Shown here: positions 55,441-64,000 of the stretch, piece after piece
Layout of the letters: each line of letters begins with the position of its first letter
How positions within the stretch are numbered: the stretch's first letter is position 1
Assembly (NCBI RefSeq): GCF_006345805.1
Contig: NC_043015.1
Location: forward strand, 43,648,001 to 43,712,000
Reading direction: 5' to 3'
Length of the DNA: 64,000 bases
Source: Octopus sinensis
Taxonomy: Eukaryota
Notes under the pieces: generated by a model
What the model was told of the DNA's origin: nothing
Database searches by the model: none
Seen by the model: only the letters and a program-made list of their open reading frames with translations
Made by a program: the position numbers and the translations under genes

Positions 55441-55852
55441 ACTCTTTACTCTTTACTCTTTTACTCGTTTCAGTCATTTGACTGCGGCCATGCTGGAGCA
55501 CCGCCTTTAGTCGAGCAAATCGACCCCGAGACTTATTCTTTGTAAGCCAAGTACTTATTCTATCGGTCTCTTTTTGCCGAACCGCTAAGTGACGGGGACG
55601 TAAACACACCAGCATCGGTTGTCAAACAATGCTAGGGGGACAAACACAGATGAACAAACACACACATACATATATACATATATATACGACAGGATTCTTT
55701 CAGTTTCCGTCTACCAAATCCACTCACAAGGCATTGGTCGGCCCGGGGCTATAGCAGAAGACACTTGCCCAAGATGCCACGCAGTGGGACTGAACCCGGA
55801 ACCATGTGGTTGGTTAGCAAGCGACTTACCACACAGCCACTCCTGCGCCTAT
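55441..55852 (-). mobile_element. SINE family B, full length, close to consensus
   Basis: Reverse complement of the consensus. Confidence 0.9.
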
Positions 55853-56263
55853 GACATAATAACAAAAAATTAAACCTGCAGTTAATGCGAATACAGAGAT
55901 TCAATAAAAACCATACAGGTTAAGATTAATAGTACTAGATGACGAAAAAAAAGTCCGCCTAAGGTAGGAAATATGAAAAGAAGAATGTTAGTCAATATGA
56001 TGGATTTTTTTTCTGCTTCCTTATTTATTTGTAGCGATTTGAAAGGAAGGCGAATATTTTATCCGTTTTATTTTTCGAGGCAATTCCATAATATGATATC
56101 GAAAAATCGAAACAAACAATATTCTTATATAACATAATTTAAGTCTCCTTCTTACTGGCATATATACATATTGTGTGTCTGTGTGTCTCGTTCTTTCGGT
56201 CTTTTTCTCTCCCTTTTCCCTCTTTCTCTTTCCATTCATGGTTTCTACTCCAGTAGTACATAT

Positions 56264-56880
<617 letters not shown>

Positions 56881-57039
56881 CTTGAATATATACATACTGA
56901 AATGCAAAACAAACGTCGCACTTTAAATGGTTGTTTCACACACAATATTGAGATTACAAGGATTTTTTCACATTTCTCGGTAATTTGACATTAGGAAGAT
57001 GTCACTAACTCACAACACCACTCTCTTATGGAAACACAA

Positions 57040-57817
57040 GGATTACATTGAACTCGCTCACTACGCATTAACATGGTAACATTAACATCGACCCAGTTTT
57101 GAGGCCTCACATTGTGTCATACTTTGCCCGTAATCGGAATCACGTGTTCCACCACGACAACGCCCCCGCACATACCGCCAAGTTGACAACAGACTTCCTC
57201 CATTAGTACATCATGGCCTGCCCTAAGTGTTGAACCCCATAGAGCACCTCTGGAACAAAATTCAAAGAATGCGAAATGACATCCTGATTTTTTTCTTTTA
57301 TTACCCACAAGGGGCCAACAAAGAAGGGACAATACAAATCGGGGAACTTAAAATATAACAAAAGTGGATGAAAAATAAGACGAAATAAAATTAAAAAATA
57401 ATGAGTTATGAAAAAGATATTACAATGAGGTGCAACGTCCACTCGATCCCCGAAATCGAGTGGTTACATTTTTGTCAGTCTCTCCCATATTGATTTTTTC
57501 AAAAATTTTCCACAATTCACAAAGTTTATCGCACAAAAATTTTCATAGAGTTTCACAATACCTTTTGCTAACAGAATTTTCTTTTTTTTTTCCCCTTCTT
57601 TTCCACAATTTTAAATGTATTCTATCTCGTGCACCAGTGTGTCGTATCTCTCGACACGGGATGGAGGCTCCTTCAATGACATCCGTCCAAGGCCGACATA
57701 TGTGTCAATATTCACTGCAATGATATCCCCATGTCCTTTACCAGGTGTTTAGTGGATTCAATGTACAGAAGGTGCCTGGTGGTAATTAACGCTAACGGTG
57801 GTCACACGAGATATTAA
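57040..57817 (+). pseudogene. Tc1 transposase DDE and C-terminal remnants split by inserted DNA
   Basis: LRPHIV...VFHHDNAPAHTAKLTTDFL / WPA / LNPIEHLWNKIQR at about 57100-57275, and CLVDSMYRRCLVVINANGGHTRY* at about 57745-57817. Confidence 0.85.
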
Positions 57818-58032
57818 ATTTATCTCTTTGGATCCAGAACCAGGTGATGACAAACATGTTTCGGGAAATGACGTTTTATCATTAGGAAACAACGGTTTCT
57901 TAATTAGCGCTCTTTAATCAGTGATATGACACTCTGTTAATAAACCGGTTTCTATTTAGTGTGTATGCGACGTTTCTTTTGTGCGTTAGTTTATTTATAT
58001 ACATGTGTGTGTATGTGCGTGTGTGTGTGTGA

Positions 58033-58063
<31 letters not shown>

Positions 58064-58270
58064 TGCATGTATAGATTTATGCACAGGAATGCCCGCATAT
58101 GTCTGTTTTTCTATCTATCTACGAGTATGTGAGTGTGTGCGTGTGTGTATATGCGTCTGTACGCGTGTGGGCGCACTTATAATTAATTGTGTCTGCCGGG
58201 AGAAGCAATCATGAAGCCCACGGAACTTAATGTCATCAATCTTTCGATTCAGCAGTTACAGATAACTTAC

Positions 58271-58350
58271 TGGTAAAACAAAAGGCGGTAGCAGTTTCCG
58301 GTGTTCCCACTGTTCTGGGGAAGAAATTTTCGGCTCAGGACTTGCTGCCG
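58271..58350 (-). CDS. Candidate 80-nt exon, AASPEPKISSPEQWEHRKLLPPFVLP
   Basis: CCA|gtaagt donor; two possible acceptors (ccaaacttAG at 58351, or tttcttccccAG giving 44 nt); no homology recognised. Confidence 0.25.
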
Positions 58351-58669
58351 CTAAGTTTGGAAGTTGGATGAAATACATAACGCAACAAGAGGCTAAAAGA
58401 CTCGTAGTTCTATAGTAACTGAGCTGTGGAGTACCCCTCTGGTCCGGGGTCATAGCATATGTCAAACGCACCAATAATCACTGAAATAGCAGAATATAGC
58501 CTTGAGGGTAAAACGTACAAGACTCGATGTAGGGACGACTTCTGGACACGTGTCTTAGAGACCCATTAGTGACACATGAACCAGCATCGGTGTGTAAAGA
58601 TGAAATAGGCCCGCTGCTTCGGTAATAAACTCGAATACGGCGATCCCTGATTCGAGGTAGAGGATAAGA

Positions 58670-58805
58670 CGATTACATCAGCTCCAGTACTTGACTGGTA
58701 CTTATTTTATCAACCCCAAAAAGATCAAAGGTAATGTCGACCACGGCAGAATTTGAACTCAGAACGTACAAACCAACGAAAATGCCGCTAAGCATTTTGT
58801 CTGTC
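58670..58805 (-). mobile_element. SINE family A, diverged
   Basis: GGCAGAATTTGAACTCAGAACGTA. Confidence 0.7.
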
Positions 58806-59498
58806 AAATCACCACCGTCTCCGCTTTAAAAATAACATTATCTGAAGTGCAATTGAAACAAAGTCGGAAATGGAACGTACAACATATGGTTATAGACAAA
58901 AACTACTTCAGCGAATTAATTTTTAATTTTCAGACGTTCCTGCAAATTACACCATTATTCTTAATTTTTCTTTCGTTTTGTAAAATCTGTGTAAATTAGT
59001 TATGAAGTGTCTTATCTCATCTAAGATTTAAGAAACACTAGTACGTGTGTAATTCTTGCTTTTTCTAACGAGCATTATTGGCACAAACTAAGAGCAATTA
59101 TTCTAACTATCATAATATTTTTTCTTTACGCTACAACGTACTAATTGATGAAGACAACAACAGCAACAAGAATCATCATAAGAAATGAGTAGAAATCTTA
59201 AACATAATTCGCAGTAAAATACTTAACTAATAACATTCAAAAACATGCTGTAAGGTTGAAGATTTTGTTCAAACAATTACAACATTAAAAATGGAGTTTC
59301 TATTCTGAAGTGAATAAAATTGTAACAGACGATATACCACTTGATTTGCCAAATTGCTATTTAATAGGTTAAACAGGTATGTATGCAGAGTAAGACATCT
59401 CTCGGGTGATTAAACACTGTGGATTAAATGATCCATGCTGATACTTCTGCAGTGAAGATGTGGATATGTAAATACAAAAAATGTAATAATAATAATAA

Positions 59499-59554
<56 letters not shown>

Positions 59555-59577
59555 CAATAATGATAATAATTATAAAA

Positions 59578-59620
<43 letters not shown>

Positions 59621-59621
<1 letters not shown>

Positions 59622-60362
59622 GGCTTCTGATCTTAACTGGTTGGAAGTGTTATCATGTACATTGTTTTGTTTTGGTATAAAAGATGGGCTACAGCAAATA
59701 TTCTGCTCAATACCTATTTCTTTACTACCCACAAGGGGCTAAACACAGAGGGGACAAACAAGGACAGACAAACGGATTAAGTCGATTACATCGACCCCAG
59801 TGCGTAACTGGTACTTAATTTATCGACCCCAAAAGGATGAAAGGCAAAGTCGACCTCGGCGGAATTTGAACTCAGAACGTAACGGCAGACAAAATACGGC
59901 TACGCATTTCGCCCGGCGTGCTAACGCACAGATTTGCTTGTCAGTTGTTTGACCTTAACCAGTTAACCATGTCCCTTAGTGGCTGACGATATGTGCATCT
60001 CTGATCACGAGCAGAAGTAGTGGGGGAGCATCATGTGTTGATACATGTGTTGAGAGGGATTCTTTGGGGTTTGAATAATTCACTTCTGGAAACATGGGTG
60101 GTTCTTTCAACATCCTTAAACAACCCTTAATCAGGGACCTTTTGAGCGGGATGGGCTACTCAACCTGAAGAAAATTCTAACTGGGCCCTACCTGGAAGGT
60201 CATGCGCTGTTTATCTTGATATGAGATCACCATGTCGCACACATATGGTTGTGATGCATGTGCCTGGTGTACCCTTATCAGACGGGTAGTCATGATGGGT
60301 ATATTGGGCTTCGTATATTTTACCCCAGCGTCACCTTGATGGCATGCGCTGCTCTCTCACTC
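59621..60362 (-). mobile_element. Interspersed repeat flanked by (AAT)n, with SINE A nested at about 59715-59927
   Basis: The GC-richer block has (AAT)n on both sides. The SINE interrupts it at CTCAATAC|CACAGATT, a junction inferred from a recalled consensus. Possibly a LINE 5' region. Confidence 0.55.
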
Positions 60363-60416
<54 letters not shown>

Positions 60417-60683
60417 CGATTTTGTCAGCTCGCGCCTTCATAATAATAATGATGGTTTCAAATTTTGGTACGAGGCCAGCAAGTTCGGACGAGGGACGAA
60501 GTCGATTGAATCGGCCTCAGTTTTTCAAAGGGTACTTATTTCATCTACCCTGAAATGAATAATGGTTAAGCTGACCTTCGTGGAATTTGAACTCAGAAGT
60601 TGAACAGTTCTATATTTAGGAGATGAGGAATTATGTACATTATTTACATTCGACGGATACTTGTCCTCATCTTGTTTGTTGTT

Positions 60684-60723
60684 AACACAACGTTTCGGCT
60701 GATATACCTTCCAGCCTTCTTCA
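60684..60723 (-). ncRNA. 5'-truncated HHR-like motif
   Basis: (g)TGAAGA-A-GGCTG(gaaggtatat)CAGCC-GAAAC-GTT-gtgtt; C3 and the 5' strand of stem I are lost. Confidence 0.4.
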
Positions 60724-60831
60724 CTACATATGTCCACGGGCATATGGCGTAGTGGTTACGAGTGCGGGCTACTAACCCCAAGTTTCCAAGTGCGATTCCA
60801 AGCAGTGACCTGAACAATAACAATAATAATG

Positions 60832-60895
<64 letters not shown>

Positions 60896-61486
60896 GAACA
60901 ACAATAATATCTATCTGAGTTCCTTGTTGTGACTTGACAGACAGTCAAAATACCTGGCAGACACAATATCGCCAATCAACAACATCATGATATTGGATAT
61001 TGTGCGACGTCTTAAATAATAACGATAACACTAAATAAGTAATAAATAGATACATCATGCGATAAAAACTATATTCTGTAATAAGTATATTATTATTTGC
61101 CGGCGTAGAAACGCATACATTATTATGAAGATATTAAATTTTGCCAACCAGCCGGAAGATTTGGCAAGTGTATTGCTTTGTAGTACATATGTGCGTGTGT
61201 GTGTGTGTGTATGTGCATTTATGTATGTATGTATGTTTTGTATGCCTGTGTATAATATATATATAATATATATTATATATATATATATATATAATATATA
61301 TATACATACATACACACATACATATACATATAGTATATGTGTATGTGTGTGTGTGTGTGTGTGTGTGTATGAATGCGTATATATGTTTGTATATATATAT
61401 AAAATGTATATATATATGTGTGTGTGTGTTTGAATGCGTATATATGTTTGTATATATACATATAAAATGGCCACACAGCTGCCAAT

Positions 61487-61554
<68 letters not shown>

Positions 61555-62314
61555 TATAGATGGATAGATATATATGTATGTATTATAATAACACTAACAC
61601 AAGCAATAATTTATTTATACAGTTTTCCAAGGAGTATATGCGTTTATAGATCCGTGCTAATCAATTACCACTTGGGACCCATCTCAAGGCAACGCACACC
61701 ACTGGGGTCCTATCACACACCGTCTTAACTCCATCCACTCTTTCTCATTCCTCACCCGTTCTCAGCATATATCGTGTTATTATTCATAGTATTATTATTC
61801 TTTAAATTACTTTTCGGTCTCTGTAAAATATGTATGCATTTAATGTCATTTAAGTAATGGTGAATAAGATTTATTTCCGGTATTTACAAGATGTAAAACA
61901 TTAAAATCTTTAGACGTCTTCACCCCATATACACCCCTCTATTGCGCATAGTCATCAAATCATTCATGATTCTACCATTGCTTTTCAAATTATTCATCAG
62001 AATAGTAGTGCTTTCTTCTTTTCTTCCGAATTTTCCAGTGTAACGTTAAAAGCTTTGCACGACTCCTACAACATAAGCGTATTTTTAACCAAAAACAACT
62101 ATATATACAGACACAGTTGTGTGGTAAATAAGTTCGCTTGGCAAACACTAGTTTCGGGTTCAGTCCCACATCGCCTCACTATAAATTATCATCTACACAT
62201 CTACCTCTAGTTTAGCGCCGAGAAAATACATGAGGAATTTAGAAGGCAGAAGCAGTGTGGAAACCACTTGTCCATACATATCTATTTATCTATCTATCTA
62301 TCTATCTATTTATC

Positions 62315-62345
<31 letters not shown>

Positions 62346-62349
62346 CTAA

Positions 62350-62381
<32 letters not shown>

Positions 62382-62797
62382 ATATATATATATATATATA
62401 TAATATAAATTTAAAGAAGAACAGAAAAGGGAGATAACGAAGTAAATAATTGTTTATTATTAACAAATTGCTCAGCTTCCTTTCTTACACCCGTTTCAAA
62501 TAATTCTTAATAAGTTACTAACAAATTTGTACATTAGATTTATATTTATGTGCCATGAGTATAATTTCATCTGAGAAATAAAAAAGACAATTAACTTCCT
62601 TATCTCCATTTTCATTTAAATGGATATAATCTATATGCTTAATATACTCGTATTGTGTTAAGGCAATTTCATTCCCAAAAAACACCGGGTGTTGGACCAG
62701 TATTTTTTGGGAGGCAACCATCTCTTCAGAATATTAACACATCCTCTGACTAAATACATACCTAGTTGTCTACACCACCTGCCTTCGTAACTTGTTT

Positions 62798-62897
62798 NNN
62801 NNNNNNNNNNNNNNNNNNNNNNNNNNNNNNNNNNNNNNNNNNNNNNNNNNNNNNNNNNNNNNNNNNNNNNNNNNNNNNNNNNNNNNNNNNNNNNNNN
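62798..62897. other. Assembly gap (100 N)
   Basis: Run of N. Confidence 1.
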
Positions 62898-63059
62898 TGA
62901 TAATAAAAGACATTCACTAGTACAACACTAAGTACAAAACCAAATATATGGCACCCTAGGCATAACACCATGAACTTCCAGCTTGTTGTCTCTTGAGGTC
63001 TCTGGGTGAGACTTGGAGACAACTTGTACAAATGTAAAGCAAAAGTCAAACATAGAATG

Positions 63060-63155
<96 letters not shown>

Positions 63156-63160
63156 TAATA
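62898..63160 (+). mobile_element. Probable LINE 3' UTR ending in an (AAT)n tail
   Basis: Unique sequence ends GCAAAAGTCAAACATAG and runs into about 100 bp of (AAT)n; the R4-like assignment is from recall only. Confidence 0.45.
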
Positions 63161-63365
63161 TGTTCTACTAAAGGCACAAAGCCTGAAATTCTGGTGGAGG
63201 GGACTACATGGTCGATTACATGGTCCCCAGTGCTCAACTGGTACTTATTATACCAACCCTGAAAGGATGAAAGGCAAAGTCGGCCTCGGCGAAATTTGAA
63301 CTCAGAATGTAGCGACGGATGAAACACTGTTAAGCGTTTTGTCGACGTGTTAACGATCCTGCCAT
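63160..63365 (-). mobile_element. SINE family A
   Basis: Reverse complement of the consensus. Confidence 0.8.
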
Positions 63366-63500
63366 CACCACATCATCATCATCATCATCATCATCATTCT
63401 TCTTCTTCTTCTTCTTCTTCTTCTTTCTTCTTCTTTTTCTTCTTCTTCTTTTTCTTTTTTTTTTTTTCTTCTTCTTCTTCTTCTTCTTCTTCTTCTCATT

Positions 63501-63533
<33 letters not shown>

Positions 63534-63595
63534 GTTATTATTATTATCATCATCATCATCATCATCATTATTATTATTATTATTAATTATTATTA

Positions 63596-63641
<46 letters not shown>

Positions 63642-64000
63642 CATCATCATCATCATCATTAATGGTTATTGATTTCACGTGACACACAATCGATGCTAAT
63701 TGAGGATTAACCTCAAGTAAACTTTCTTCGTAACAAAAATAAAAAATAAAAAATAAAATTAAAAAATATATATAAACAGAAGCAGAAAATAAATGGGAGA
63801 CAAATATCGAACATATGATTGGAATGTTTTGTAATCGAACGTTCGATGTTCCGTTGACAAAACAACAATAAAAAAGCTGGGCGTAATTGCGTTATAATAA
63901 CAACGGGTTTTCAAATCGGATTATAACAAGCTTGTGTTTTTTTTTTTTGTTTTTTTTCAAATTATATTATAATAAGAGAAGTCGAAACGAAACAAAAAAT

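Overview
AT-rich, microsatellite-saturated animal DNA, most likely an Octopus (coleoid cephalopod) intron or intergenic region; the organism call is inferred from recalled SINE families. No host gene could be identified, only a few low-confidence candidate exons, and nearly all ORF-track entries are microsatellite artefacts. The window holds three tRNA-derived SINE families, decayed Tc1/mariner, RTE, R4/Dong and Penelope-like (PLE) fragments, two non-autonomous Helitrons and a 100-N gap. The main finding is a set of fold-back elements embedded in (TA)n tracts with the layout [inverted arms + one-sided tail]. The largest is a 3-unit tandem array at 35.9-38.9 kb carrying six head-to-head type I hammerhead ribozyme (HHR) motifs, four with intact cores. 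The two arms of each unit share unit-specific variants, and the array abuts a PLE ORF fragment. Other HHR-like motifs, some with non-canonical cores, occur at 5.3, 13.0, 34.3, 51.1 and 60.7 kb. All structures were read by eye; no folding or database search was run.
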